Source of the DNA: Halorarum halobium
GTDB taxonomy: Archaea > Halobacteriota > Halobacteria > Halobacteriales > Haloferacaceae
NCBI RefSeq assembly: GCF_032116555.1
Contig: NZ_CP134949.1
Location: forward strand, 3,162,001-3,226,000
Length of the DNA: 64,000 nt
Direction: 5' to 3'
Below, one piece after another: positions 19,557 through 29,813 of this stretch. The translations under genes were made by a program, and so were the position numbers. Positions within the stretch are counted from its first letter, which is position 1. Every line of letters starts with the position of its first letter. The notes below the pieces were generated by a model. That model saw only the letters and a list, made by a program, of their open reading frames with translations. It was not told the origin of the DNA and ran no database searches.

Positions 19557-20399
19557 ATGAGCGACGACCACGCCGCCCCGGCGCTCGACCCGGACGACCT
19601 CGACATCAGCAGGAGCGAGTACGTCCGGGAGCTGGGCGAGGACCGGTACGTGGTCTCGGCGGGCGGCGGACCGCCGCGCGCTCCACGGTCCGGAGAGCCC
19701 GACGAGCAGCGAGACGCGACCGAAGACCGGACTCCGGAACGCTCGGGGGAGCAGCGGACCCGGTCGGTCGCCGAGGAAGCCGAGGCGAGAGTCGACGTCG
19801 CACCGAGTGATCCCAAGCAGGGAGGCGGAAACGAACCCGGTAATCGGCCCGAATCCGGGTCGGCGCGCTCGGAACCCGGGGGGACCGGCGGTGCTACTGA
19901 CGCCGATGCCGGCTCCCCGACGAGCCCGCCGAAGCGGGCAGCCGAGCCACGGCGCGGCGTGAAACGCGGCGCGCCGACCGGTCGAAACGCCGGCAGCGAG
20001 ACTGACCCGGCGCCCGGAACCGGGACAAAGACCGGGGGCGACGTCGACGCCGCGGCGGTCGGCCGCTGGCTCGCCGAGTCGCTTTCCGACACCGAGTACG
20101 CGTACGGGTTCGACGCGACGGTGACGATGAACGACGAGGCCACGCGCCACCGGATGGTGTCGAACGACGTCTCGGCGGTGTTCGAGACGCTCGCGCTCTG
20201 GTTCGCACGGTCGGCCGGCGGCGACGACATGCCGCCCGAACGCGCGCTGGCGATCCTGCTCGCCGAGATGGAGGCCGAGGTCACACTCCCGACGGTGGCG
20301 CTCGAGGACGCCGTCGCCCGGCACGGGCTCTCGGCCGAGGACAGCATCGGCGACCTGCTCGCGGCCGCCGAGCGAGAGAACGGCCTCACGCTGGAGTAA
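19557..20399 (+). CDS. archaellum-cluster conserved hypothetical protein
   Basis: LDPDDLDI...RYVVS N-terminus, low-complexity middle, YGFDATV...SNDV C-domain. Confidence 0.75.
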   Translation: MSDDHAAPALDPDDLDISRSEYVRELGEDRYVVSAGGGPPRAPRSGEPDEQRDATEDRTPERSGEQRTRSVAEEAEARVDVAPSDPKQGGGNEPGNRPESGSARSEPGGTGGATDADAGSPTSPPKRAAEPRRGVKRGAPTGRNAGSETDPAPGTGTKTGGDVDAAAVGRWLAESLSDTEYAYGFDATVTMNDEATRHRMVSNDVSAVFETLALWFARSAGGDDMPPERALAILLAEMEAEVTLPTVALEDAVARHGLSAEDSIGDLLAAAERENGLTLE

Positions 20400-20419
20400 C
20401 GCCCGCGGTCAGCCGCTCG

Positions 20420-20454
20420 TTTTCACCGCTGATAGCCGGGGGAGAGCGTTTATG
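20420..20454 (+). promoter_or_regulatory. cheY promoter: TTTTCACCGCTGATAG box + TTTATG
   Basis: variant of the 18187/22835 box with the same 29-nt offset. Confidence 0.55.
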
Positions 20455-20478
20455 CTCGTCCATCGACCCCGTTTCGCT

Positions 20479-20841
20479 ATGTCGACAAGCGTGCTCATCG
20501 CCGACGACTCGGAGTTCATGCGGAACCTCCTCCGGGAGATTCTCGAAGGGGAGTTCGAGATCGTCGGCGAGGCCGAAAACGGGGTCGAAGCCGTGGACAT
20601 GTACGGGGACCAGGACCCCGACCTCGTCATGATGGACATCGTGATGCCGATCCGTAACGGGATCGAGGCGACCGAAGAGATCACGGACTCCGACCCGGGC
20701 GCCCGGATCATCATGTGTACGAGCGTCGGGCAGGAGGAGAAGATGAAGGCCGCGGTGAAGGCCGGCGCGGAGGGGTACATCACGAAGCCGTTCCAGAAGC
20801 CGAACGTGCTCGAAGCGATCAACGACGTCGTGCCCGCGTAG
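20479..20841 (+). CDS. cheY: chemotaxis response regulator CheY
   Basis: IADDSEFMR, MDIVMP, CTSVGQ, ITKPF. Confidence 0.95.
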   Translation: MSTSVLIADDSEFMRNLLREILEGEFEIVGEAENGVEAVDMYGDQDPDLVMMDIVMPIRNGIEATEEITDSDPGARIIMCTSVGQEEKMKAAVKAGAEGYITKPFQKPNVLEAINDVVPA

Positions 20842-20843
20842 GG

Positions 20844-22070
20844 ATGTACGTCGACATCCAGTCGCTGGGGACGTTCAGCAGGCTCGCCCGCGACGGGGCC
20901 GACCGGGCCGCCGACTCGCTCTCACAGCTCACCGGCGCGAACGTGTACGTCGACGTGACCGACGTGACGCTGATGGCGGCGGGCGACCTGCGCGAGGCGT
21001 TCACCGGCCAGGAGTTCGTCGGCGTCGAGGTCGGACTGATGGGCGGAATCGCGGGCCAGACCGTCATGGCGTTCGAACGCGAGGCGGCGACGGAACTCGT
21101 CTCGCGGCTCATGCCCGGCGGGAGCGACGACCCCGAGTTCGTCCGCAGCGGCGTCACCGAGGCAGGCAACATCATGACCTCCGGGTTCATCGACGGGTGG
21201 GCCGACCACCTCGGCGTCGCCATCGACATGACGCCGCCGTCGTACGTCCGCGAGTCGGGCATCGACGTGCTGCCCGACGGGGCGTTCGACGACGAGCGCG
21301 CCGGGGTGTTCCTGTTCGAGTCCCAGGTGTCCTCGATGGACGCCGACCTGGACCTGACCATCTTCATGCTCCCCGAGTACTCCGGGTTCACGGACATGCT
21401 CGGCCACGAGGACGGGGGGTCGGCCGCGGCCGGCGACGCCGTTCCGGTCGACAAGCTCCCGACGTTCAATCGGATGACCAAGCGCGGGGCCGCGAGCGCC
21501 GCGGAGAAGGTGACGATGATGACCGGCACCGAGACCGACGTGGACGTCTCGCGGCTCCGGTTCGTTCCCGTCGGGGACGTGCCCTCGGAAGTGGGCGACG
21601 AGACGGTCGCCGGGACCGTGTTCGAGCTCCACGGCGAGCCGAGCGGCTACCTCGCAATCCTGTTCGACGAGGAGTCCGCCGAGGAGGTCGCCGGGTCGAT
21701 GATTCCCACCGAGACCGACCCCGGCATCGGCGAGATGGAACGCGGGGCGCTCCGCGAGCTCGGCAACATCATGACCTCCGGGTTCATCGACGGCTGGGCG
21801 AACGTGCTCGGCACGAGCATCGAGCACACGCCGCCCGAGTTCGTCCACGACATGGGTTCTGCCGTGATGAGCCCGCTGGTGAGCAAACTCGGCCGGACCC
21901 AGGAGCACGCGTTCATCATCGACTCGACCGTCAGAACTCCCGACGGCGGCGTCCGCTGTGACATCTACGCGCTCCCCAACCAGCGCGAACTCGCGGCGGC
22001 GCTCGACCGCATCGACGCCGCGGTCGCGGACGGCGGCCGCGACGTGCCGGAGTTCGATGGGGCACGCTGA
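20844..22070 (+). CDS. cheC: CheC phosphatase (two tandem CheC units)
   Basis: two ExGNIMTSGFIDGWA repeats. Confidence 0.92.
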   Translation: MYVDIQSLGTFSRLARDGADRAADSLSQLTGANVYVDVTDVTLMAAGDLREAFTGQEFVGVEVGLMGGIAGQTVMAFEREAATELVSRLMPGGSDDPEFVRSGVTEAGNIMTSGFIDGWADHLGVAIDMTPPSYVRESGIDVLPDGAFDDERAGVFLFESQVSSMDADLDLTIFMLPEYSGFTDMLGHEDGGSAAAGDAVPVDKLPTFNRMTKRGAASAAEKVTMMTGTETDVDVSRLRFVPVGDVPSEVGDETVAGTVFELHGEPSGYLAILFDEESAEEVAGSMIPTETDPGIGEMERGALRELGNIMTSGFIDGWANVLGTSIEHTPPEFVHDMGSAVMSPLVSKLGRTQEHAFIIDSTVRTPDGGVRCDIYALPNQRELAAALDRIDAAVADGGRDVPEFDGAR

Positions 22071-22605
22071 CGCGCCATCCGTGCCGGACGGCCGGGGTGG
22101 TGAGTCCGCGGGCCGCCCGTTCGGGGACCTCCCCCGGCGGAAGGTCGGCCTCTCAGACTCGGCGGTCGCGACCGACGGAACCGTCCTGTTGACGAGCGGG
22201 CTGGGATCGTGTCTCGGCGTCGGGCTCTACCATCCACCCGCGGGAACGGGCGGGCTGTTGCACGCGATGCTTCCGGAGGCAGAGAGCCATCCCGGAATCG
22301 CACAGAAGTTCGTCGTCGAGGGGATCGACGCGCTGGTGGCGGAGCTGGCCGAGCGCGGAGCCGCGCCGAGCGGCCTCCGGGCAAAACTCGCGGGCGCGGC
22401 CGAGATGCTCGAACTCGACGTGAGCGGCGACGGGCAGTCCGTGGGCGCACGGAACGTGGCGGCCGCCGAGCGCGCGCTCGCGCGTCACGACGTTCCCATC
22501 GTCGCCGCCGACACCGGCGGCAATCGCGGGCGGTCGCTCCGGTTCGACACCGCAGAGGGGCGGCTCCACGTCGTCTACGCCGGCGGCGAGAGCGCCGTCC
22601 TGTGA
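22057..22605 (+). CDS. cheD: chemoreceptor glutamine deamidase CheD
   Basis: GLGSC, HAMLP, AKLAG, VGARN, DTGGNRGR. Confidence 0.92.
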   Translation: MGHADAPSVPDGRGGESAGRPFGDLPRRKVGLSDSAVATDGTVLLTSGLGSCLGVGLYHPPAGTGGLLHAMLPEAESHPGIAQKFVVEGIDALVAELAERGAAPSGLRAKLAGAAEMLELDVSGDGQSVGARNVAAAERALARHDVPIVAADTGGNRGRSLRFDTAEGRLHVVYAGGESAVL

Positions 22606-22834
22606 CCGGCGTCGCGCGAGTCCGTCGTCTCGGAGGAACCGCTCTGAACCAGCGGCGCGGCGACGCGAAATCGGTGGCGGATTCGACGGGACCGTCGGGA
22701 GCGCCCGAGACCGATGAGACCGACACGAGCTCGACGGGCTGTGGACGGGCCGGCGTGGGAGCCGACCGGCTCCGTGGATCGACCGACCGTGAGCAACCCC
22801 TGCAGGACCCGGCCAACCGCGCTCGAGCCGACTG

Positions 22835-22869
22835 TTATCTGTCCTGATAGCCGACGGGGAGAGTTTAAG
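22835..22869 (+). promoter_or_regulatory. arlCE operon promoter: TTATCTGTCCTGATAG box + TTTAAG
   Basis: box 22835-22850, TATA-like 22864, ATG 22896 (probably near-leaderless). Confidence 0.65.
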
Positions 22870-22895
22870 GGTAGTCCGCGGGAGAAATCGCAGTA

Positions 22896-24245
22896 ATGGG
22901 TCTCCTCACCGCATTGTCGGGAGCAGGAGCCGGCTTCGCCGGGGTCGAACTGGGGCTGCTCGCCTCGTTCGGCCTCGTCGGCGCGAGCCTGCTCGATCGC
23001 TTCCGCGACGACGATGAGCCGACCGAGGACGCAGAGGACGATGACCCGTTGCTGGACGACGGCGGCGCCTTCGGTGGCGACGCGGACGGTGACGGCGACG
23101 ACCTCGGCGACCTCGGTGGAATGGACGACTGGGACGACGACGACCCCTTCGGGGGTGACGAGGAGGAGGACGCCACGGCCGAGCTGGAAAAGCGGCTCGA
23201 GGACCTCGAAAACGAGGTCGCCAGCCTCTCCTCGACGGTCAACACCGTCCGTTCCGAGAACGAGGAAATCTCCGGGCAGGTCGACGACATGGGCGAGGAC
23301 GTGCGGAGCCTGCTCGACATCTACGAGATGGTCACGCGCGGGATCAACCCGTTCGTCGACGACGTCCAGACCGGCGGCATGTCCGGCGACGAACTGGGCG
23401 GGGAGGGGTCGTTCGGCCTCTTCGACGACGACGCGGACGAGGAGGACCCGGAGGCCGAGGAACTCGACGAGGACCTCGCCAACGCGGAAGCGGAGGGGTT
23501 CTTCGACGAGGAACTCGTGGACGGCGAGGAGGACGAGGACGACGAGGATCTGGACGAACTGGACGACGAAGAAGACGACGAAGACGACGACCTTGACAAC
23601 GAAACCATGGCCAGCGACAACGGCGGCGGCAAGAGCTTCAGTGAACTGAAAGACGAATACGAGTCCGGCGACGCGGAGTGGGCCGGCGGGGAGGAGGCGG
23701 AGGCCCCGATCGACGGGGCCGACGACGCCGGGGACGAGTTCCCGCTCGACGAGATGGACGAGGACCCCGTCGAGGACGCCCTCGACGAGGAGCCCGCGTC
23801 GACGGCGGCACCGACGGACCCGACGCCCGCCGAGAACGGCGATGGCGGCTTCGAGTTCGTCGAGGACGGCGACCTCTCCGAGGGGCCACAGAAGCCGTAT
23901 CTCACCAGCCTGCCCGGCGACTACGTGGGCGACCTGATGGTGATGGAGTGGCTGGAGTTCCTCGTCGAGGAGTCGAGCACCACCGACGCGGTGCGCGCCG
24001 TGAACTACTACGAGCGCGTCGACTGGGTGGACGCCGAGGTGGCGAACCAGTTGAAGTCGTTCCTCTCGGGCTTTGGCGACATCGACCGGAACCTGATGGA
24101 CCGGCCCGGCACGTCGGAGCTCGATCTGGACCACCACACCCAGAGCCTCAAGTACATCATGCAGCTGACGAACGCGACGGCCGAGTCGGTCGTCATCGAC
24201 CGCTGGCCGCAGCTCTCGGGGGGCCTCCATGGGCCTCAGCGTTAG
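22896..24245 (+). CDS. arlCE: archaellum switch protein ArlCE/ArlD (FlaC/D/E family)
   Basis: LLDIYEMVTRGINPF and MEWLEFL...YYERVDW...HTQSLKYI. Confidence 0.88.
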   Translation: MGLLTALSGAGAGFAGVELGLLASFGLVGASLLDRFRDDDEPTEDAEDDDPLLDDGGAFGGDADGDGDDLGDLGGMDDWDDDDPFGGDEEEDATAELEKRLEDLENEVASLSSTVNTVRSENEEISGQVDDMGEDVRSLLDIYEMVTRGINPFVDDVQTGGMSGDELGGEGSFGLFDDDADEEDPEAEELDEDLANAEAEGFFDEELVDGEEDEDDEDLDELDDEEDDEDDDLDNETMASDNGGGKSFSELKDEYESGDAEWAGGEEAEAPIDGADDAGDEFPLDEMDEDPVEDALDEEPASTAAPTDPTPAENGDGGFEFVEDGDLSEGPQKPYLTSLPGDYVGDLMVMEWLEFLVEESSTTDAVRAVNYYERVDWVDAEVANQLKSFLSGFGDIDRNLMDRPGTSELDLDHHTQSLKYIMQLTNATAESVVIDRWPQLSGGLHGPQR

Positions 24246-24663
24246 CGCCTCGACGGCCGTCGTCTTCCTCGGCCTGTTCATCGCTGCGGGGACGTTCTAC
24301 CCCGCGGTGGCGAACGGGGCCGAACTCGTCACCGACGCACAGCACGCAGCGAACGACCGCGCGCTCGACCAGCAGAATACGGACATCACCGTGACCAACG
24401 CCACCTACGACGACGCCGCCGACACGCTCGTCGTCAACGCGACGAACGACGGCTCGACGGCACTGGACGTCGACGAGGTCGACCTCCTCGCCGACAACGC
24501 GTACCGCTCGACGAACGTGAGCGTCGAGGGAGACGACGCGACCGGCGTCTGGCTCCCCGGCGAAACCGCGAGCTTCGAGGCCGACCTGACGCCGGCGCCG
24601 AACCGGACCACGGTCGTCGTGGACCACGGCGTTCGGGTCAGCACGACCGTGGAGGTGATCTAG
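24229..24663 (+). CDS. arlF: archaellum stator protein ArlF
   Basis: MGLSVSAS TM; NDGS; WLPGET; gene order. Confidence 0.9.
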   Translation: MGLSVSASTAVVFLGLFIAAGTFYPAVANGAELVTDAQHAANDRALDQQNTDITVTNATYDDAADTLVVNATNDGSTALDVDEVDLLADNAYRSTNVSVEGDDATGVWLPGETASFEADLTPAPNRTTVVVDHGVRVSTTVEVI

Positions 24664-25116
24664 ATGGCGAGCGGTGGCGTCGCGGAGATGGTGCTGTTCA
24701 TCGCCGCGCTGCTCGTCGCGGCCTCCGTCGCCGGGACCCTGACCAGCGAGGTCACCAGGCTCGGTGACGCCGTCAGCGCGCGCTCGCTCGACGTCGCACA
24801 GGACGTGCGCACGGACATGGAGATCGTTTCGGACCCGGCCGCGGGGGTGTACAACGCCTCGGGGAACGGCAACGTGACGCTGTACGTCCGGAACACGGGA
24901 TCCTCGACGCTCAGGGCGGACGCCTCCACGTTCGACGTGCTGCTCGACGGGCAGTACCGGACGAACGTGACGGTCTCGCCCGTCGAGGGTGGAACGAGCT
25001 GGGTCGAAGGGGAGGTCGTGGAGGTGTCCGTCCACGCGCCGGACCTCCCGGCCGGTGACCACCGGGTGAAGCTGGTGGTCAACGCGGACGAGGAGGTGTT
25101 GCAGTTCCGCACATGA
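24664..25116 (+). CDS. arlG: archaellum stator protein ArlG
   Basis: LFIAALLVAASVAG; IVSDP; YVRNTG. Confidence 0.92.
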   Translation: MASGGVAEMVLFIAALLVAASVAGTLTSEVTRLGDAVSARSLDVAQDVRTDMEIVSDPAAGVYNASGNGNVTLYVRNTGSSTLRADASTFDVLLDGQYRTNVTVSPVEGGTSWVEGEVVEVSVHAPDLPAGDHRVKLVVNADEEVLQFRT

Positions 25117-25874
25117 GCCGGAACAGCCCACGGGACAACCTCCTGTCCATCGGTCTGCCCGAGCGCGATCAGCTCAACAAGGAGCTCGGCGGCGGCATCC
25201 CGCGCGGGAGCATCGTCCTCATGGAGGGCGACTACGGCGCGGGCAAGTCCGCGCTCTCCCAGCGGTTCAGCTACGGCCTCGTCGACGAGGGCGCGAGCGT
25301 CACCCTGCTCTCGACGGAGCTGACCGTCTCCGGGTTCATCGACCAGATGTACTCGCTGGAGTACGACGTGACGAAGCCGCTGCTCAACGAGGAGCTGCTG
25401 TTCCTCGCTGCCGACTTCGACTCGGGCGGGGCGTTCTCCGACGACGACGGCGACCGGAAGGAGCTGCTGAAGCGGCTGATGGAGGCCGAGACGATGTGGA
25501 ACTCCGACGTCGTCATCCTCGACACGTTCGACTCCATCCTCCGGAACGACCCCACCTTCGAGGCGCTCGTCCGGAACAACGAGGAGCGACAGGCCGCCCT
25601 CGAGATCATCTCCTTCTTCCGGGACATGATCTCCAACGGGAAGGTCATCGTTCTCACGGTCGACCCCTCGGCGGTCGGCGAGGAGGCGATCGGCCCGTTC
25701 CGCTCGATCGCCGACGTCTTCCTCGAACTCCAGATGATCGAGGTCGGCAGCGACGTGCGGCGGAACATCTCGGTGAAACGCTTCGCCGGCATGGGTAGCC
25801 AGGTCGGCGACACCATCGGCTTCTCCGTGCGCTCGGGCACGGGGATCGTCATCGAATCGAGGAGCGTCGCGTGA
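25113..25874 (+). CDS. arlH: ArlH (KaiC-like ATP-binding protein)
   Basis: GDYGAGKS; LSTE; C-terminal IESRSVA. Confidence 0.95.
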   Translation: MSRNSPRDNLLSIGLPERDQLNKELGGGIPRGSIVLMEGDYGAGKSALSQRFSYGLVDEGASVTLLSTELTVSGFIDQMYSLEYDVTKPLLNEELLFLAADFDSGGAFSDDDGDRKELLKRLMEAETMWNSDVVILDTFDSILRNDPTFEALVRNNEERQAALEIISFFRDMISNGKVIVLTVDPSAVGEEAIGPFRSIADVFLELQMIEVGSDVRRNISVKRFAGMGSQVGDTIGFSVRSGTGIVIESRSVA

Positions 25875-25944
25875 TGACGGGGACGGACGCGCACCCGGCC
25901 GTCAGCGGGTCCCGACCCAACAGCCGACCGGCGAGGTGTAACGC

Positions 25945-27615
25945 ATGACCGACCAGGGGATGGCGAAGCCGTCGAGCGAGCTGAAACAGCTCGCGATGAA
26001 GCGCCCGCACCTCCGGGAGCATCTCCAGAAGTTCAAGCAGATCACCGGCGAGTTCCCCCTGTTCGTCGACGAGATCGACGGCGAGCACGAGGCCCGCCGG
26101 CCGAACGTGCTCTACCCGGTCGGCGGCCCCATCTTCTGTCACGTCTACGGCGACTTCGGACAGGACACGAAGTACTACGCCGTCGAGCCGACGCTCTCCT
26201 CTGCCGAGGAGCAGGTGCTCGGCACCGTGAAGGGGAAGCTGCTGAACAAGAGCGGGCACCACGAGGCCCCCGACCAGGAGACGGGTTACGACGACCTCAT
26301 CGAGGAACTGCTCGAGGACGTCACCGTCATCGCCGAGGAGCAGGACGAGTACGGCCCGCTCTCGAAGGTGATGAACTTCGGCCGGACCGAGGTGTCGAAA
26401 CAGACCTACGAGAACATCCGCTACCGGCTGAACCGCGACATCGTGGGCTTTGGCCCGCTCGAACCCGTGATGCGCGACCCGGAGAACGAGGACATCCACG
26501 TCATCGGCCCGAAGGAGTGTCACGTCGACCACGGCGTGTTCGGGATGCTGGAGACGACCGTCGACTTCGGGACGCCGACCGAGTTCGACAACTGGCTGCG
26601 CAACATGGGCGAGCGGATGGGCGACCCCGTCTCCGACTCGAACCCCATCGTCGACTCGACGCTGCCGGACGGGTCGCGTATCAACATCATCTACTCCGAC
26701 GACGTCTCGATCAAGGGCTCCTCGCTCACCATCCGTCAGGGCGAGGAGACGCCGCTCTCGATCAACCAGATCACCAACTGGGGGACGCTCAGCCCCGAAC
26801 TGGCCGCGTACCTCTGGCTCTGTCTCGAGAACGAGCAGACGGTGTTCGTGGTCGGGGAGACGGCCTCGGGGAAGACGACGACGCTGAACTCCATCCTCTC
26901 GTACATCCCGCGGGACTCGAAGATCTACACCGCGGAGGACACCGCCGAGGTCGTCCCGCCCCACAGCACCTGGCAGCAGCTGCTCACCCGTGAGGGAGAC
27001 GGCGGCGAGGCGAACGACGTGGACATGTTCGACCTCGTCGCGGCCGCGCTGCGTTCCCGCCCCGACTACATCATCGTCGGCGAGGTGCGTGGCGCCGAGG
27101 GTCGCATGGCGTTCCAGGCGGCCCAGACCGGCCACCCGGTCATGCTGACGTTCCACGCGAGCGACATCGTCTCGATGATCCAGCGGTTCACCTCCGACCC
27201 CATCAACGTGCCCGAGACGTTCATGGACAACGCCGACGTGGCGCTGTTCCAGAACCGGGTGAAGCAGGGCGACAAGGTGCTCCGTCGGGTCACCTCGGTC
27301 CAGGAGATCGAGGGGTACTCCAAGGAGATGGACGGGGTCGTCACCCGCGAGGTGTTCAACTGGGACCCCGTCGAGGACGAGATCGTCTTCCGCGGGATGA
27401 ACAACTCCTACGTGCTGGAAGAACAGATCGCAACCCTGCTGGGATACGCGGACACCCGCGACATCTACGACGACCTCTCGTTCCGCGCGGACCTGGTCGA
27501 CCGGATGATCCAGGAGGGGATCCTCGGCTACCACGAGGTGAACGAGGCCATCACGTCGTTCCAGCGCGACGGCGTCGACGGGCTCCCCTTCGACATGCAC
27601 CGTTCAGTGAGGTAA
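25945..27615 (+). CDS. arlI: archaellum motor ATPase ArlI
   Basis: GETASGKTT, RPDYIIVGEVRG, TGH..TFH. Confidence 0.96.
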   Translation: MTDQGMAKPSSELKQLAMKRPHLREHLQKFKQITGEFPLFVDEIDGEHEARRPNVLYPVGGPIFCHVYGDFGQDTKYYAVEPTLSSAEEQVLGTVKGKLLNKSGHHEAPDQETGYDDLIEELLEDVTVIAEEQDEYGPLSKVMNFGRTEVSKQTYENIRYRLNRDIVGFGPLEPVMRDPENEDIHVIGPKECHVDHGVFGMLETTVDFGTPTEFDNWLRNMGERMGDPVSDSNPIVDSTLPDGSRINIIYSDDVSIKGSSLTIRQGEETPLSINQITNWGTLSPELAAYLWLCLENEQTVFVVGETASGKTTTLNSILSYIPRDSKIYTAEDTAEVVPPHSTWQQLLTREGDGGEANDVDMFDLVAAALRSRPDYIIVGEVRGAEGRMAFQAAQTGHPVMLTFHASDIVSMIQRFTSDPINVPETFMDNADVALFQNRVKQGDKVLRRVTSVQEIEGYSKEMDGVVTREVFNWDPVEDEIVFRGMNNSYVLEEQIATLLGYADTRDIYDDLSFRADLVDRMIQEGILGYHEVNEAITSFQRDGVDGLPFDMHRSVR

Positions 27616-27616
27616 G

Positions 27617-29368
27617 ATGAGCACCGGCACCGGCAGCGGGAACTCGGACCTGTTCCCCGAATCGCTCTCGGAACTCGTTTCCGAGCTGCTGGACGCCTAC
27701 GACGAGCTGGACATGCCCAAGCGGCAGTACGTGGGCTACGTCCTGCTGCCCGCGCTGGGCTTTTTCCTGCTCACGCTCGCCGGGGCCGTCCTGTTGCCGT
27801 TCCCGCTGTCGGTTCGTCTCCCGGTTCCCATGCTGGGCCTGCTCGTGTTCGGGTCCGCGGTCGCGTACCCGAAGCTGTACCTCAACGCCCGGAAGGTCGC
27901 CATCGAGAACCAGCTCCACCTCGTGATGACCCACATGACCGTGCTGTCGACGACGAACATCGACCGGATGGAGGTGTTCCGCACGCTCGCGGCAGAAGAG
28001 GAGTACGGCGCCGCCGCGGACGAACTGGGACGCATCGTTCACCTGGTCGACACGTGGAACCAGTCGCTCGACGACGCGCTCCGTCGCCGGGCCATGGAGG
28101 TTCCATCCGACGCCTTCTCGGACTTCTTCGACCGGCTCGGCTACACGATCGGCGCGGGCCAGTCCATCGAGGAGTTCCTGCTCTCGGAACAGGACGCGGT
28201 CATCCAGAACTACATCACGGTGTACGAGGGCGCGCTGGGGAACCTGGAGGTCATGAAGGACCTCTACATGTCGATGATCCTCTCGATGACGTTCGCGCTG
28301 GTGTTCGCCATCGTGCTCCCGATCCTGACCGGCGACAACCCGACGCTCACCGTCTCGGCGGTCATTGTCATGTTCATGCTGGTCCAGCTCGGCTTCTACG
28401 TCATGATCCGGGCGATGTCGCCCCACGACCCGGTGTGGTTCCACTCCGAGCAGGGCGCGCCGACCGACCTCCGGCTCTGGGGAAGCCTCGTCATCGGCGT
28501 CGGGCTCACGTTCGTGTTCGTGAGCGTCGTCGGCGCGGGGCTGTTCGGCTACGGTCCGGGGCTGCCGGGGATGCTGTTCTTCCTCGACGAGACGCCGCTT
28601 CCGCTGTACATCTGCGTGCCGATCACCCCGATGGCGATCACCGGCGTCATGCTCCGCATCGAGGAGCGCAAGATCAGCGAGCGCGACGACGAGTTCCCGT
28701 CATTCGTCCGCGCGCTGGGTGCGGCGGAGTCGGCCAAGCAGTCGACGACCGGCGACGTGTTGCGGACGCTCCACGAGAAGGACTTCGGCTCGCTCACCCC
28801 GGCCATCGTCCGGCTCTACCGCCGGCTCAACATCCGGATCGATCCCTCCCAGTCGTGGCACACGTTCGCCGCCGACACGCGGTCGTACCTCATCCAGAAG
28901 TTCTCGGACATGTACCTCGAGGGGCGCGAGATGGGCGGACAGCCCAAGATGCTCGGCGAGCTCATCTCCTCGAACATGAACACGGTGATGCAGCTGCGCG
29001 AGCAGCGCAGACAGGCGACCGTGACGATGATCGGCCTGCTGTACGGCATCACCGCGGCCTCGTCGTTCGCGTTCTTCATCGGCCTCCAGGTCGTCGACAT
29101 CCTCGCGGACCTCTCCGAGCAGTTCAGCGTCCAGGACGCCGGCGGCATCGGGCAGATCATCTACCCCGGCGTGTACGACATCCCGCTCATCCAGTTCCTC
29201 CTGCTGATCGTCATCCTGTTCAACGCCGTCCTCTCGTCGGTGATGATCCGGACCATCGACGGCGGCAACAAGGCGAACGCCTACCTCCACTTCGTCCTGA
29301 TGACGTGGCTGGGCTGTGGCGTCGCCATCTTCACCCAGCGGATGGTGACCCAGATCCTGACGATCTGA
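27617..29368 (+). CDS. arlJ: archaellum platform membrane protein ArlJ
   Basis: polytopic GspF-like protein after arlI. Confidence 0.95.
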   Translation: MSTGTGSGNSDLFPESLSELVSELLDAYDELDMPKRQYVGYVLLPALGFFLLTLAGAVLLPFPLSVRLPVPMLGLLVFGSAVAYPKLYLNARKVAIENQLHLVMTHMTVLSTTNIDRMEVFRTLAAEEEYGAAADELGRIVHLVDTWNQSLDDALRRRAMEVPSDAFSDFFDRLGYTIGAGQSIEEFLLSEQDAVIQNYITVYEGALGNLEVMKDLYMSMILSMTFALVFAIVLPILTGDNPTLTVSAVIVMFMLVQLGFYVMIRAMSPHDPVWFHSEQGAPTDLRLWGSLVIGVGLTFVFVSVVGAGLFGYGPGLPGMLFFLDETPLPLYICVPITPMAITGVMLRIEERKISERDDEFPSFVRALGAAESAKQSTTGDVLRTLHEKDFGSLTPAIVRLYRRLNIRIDPSQSWHTFAADTRSYLIQKFSDMYLEGREMGGQPKMLGELISSNMNTVMQLREQRRQATVTMIGLLYGITAASSFAFFIGLQVVDILADLSEQFSVQDAGGIGQIIYPGVYDIPLIQFLLLIVILFNAVLSSVMIRTIDGGNKANAYLHFVLMTWLGCGVAIFTQRMVTQILTI

Positions 29369-29387
29369 GCGGCGTCCCGGGGAGCCC

Positions 29388-29708
29388 CTACACCACCTGC
29401 GAGAGCGTCAGGACGAGAAACACCGCGCCGAGCACCAGCGCCCCGTACAGCAGCCGTCGGAACCGCGTCGCCGCGGGGACCTCCCCCCGGAGGTCCGGGC
29501 GCGTGGCGTAGACGTAGCGGTGGTAGGCTGCCGCGGCGATGACGAGGAAGACGACCGCTGAAACCACCAGTCCGGTCGCCACCGGGAGCCCGAACACCGC
29601 CCGCAGGTAGATCGGTCCCGACGAGAAGACGACGAGGAACGCCGCGGAGGCGACGACGAGGAACGGGACGGGATCGACCGGGTCGCCCGCGCGGTTCCGG
29701 AGCGGCAT
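29388..29708 (-). CDS. small membrane protein
   Basis: MPLRNRAGDPVDPVPFLV; about 3 TM segments. Confidence 0.7.
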   Translation of the reverse strand: MPLRNRAGDPVDPVPFLVVASAAFLVVFSSGPIYLRAVFGLPVATGLVVSAVVFLVIAAAAYHRYVYATRPDLRGEVPAATRFRRLLYGALVLGAVFLVLTLSQVV

Positions 29709-29813
29709 GGTCGACCAACGCACGCCTCGCCAAAGGAGGTTTGGACGGGCCGACGCATGGAGCGCGGACCGACGGATTCGGTTCGTGCTTCCTGACCGTC
29801 GTGCCCGGGCGAC

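Noticed and set aside
21165..21793. 32-bp exact repeat in cheC (21165-21196 and 21762-21793)
   Set aside because: Explained by the internal duplication of the CheC active-site motif typical of long haloarchaeal CheC proteins.
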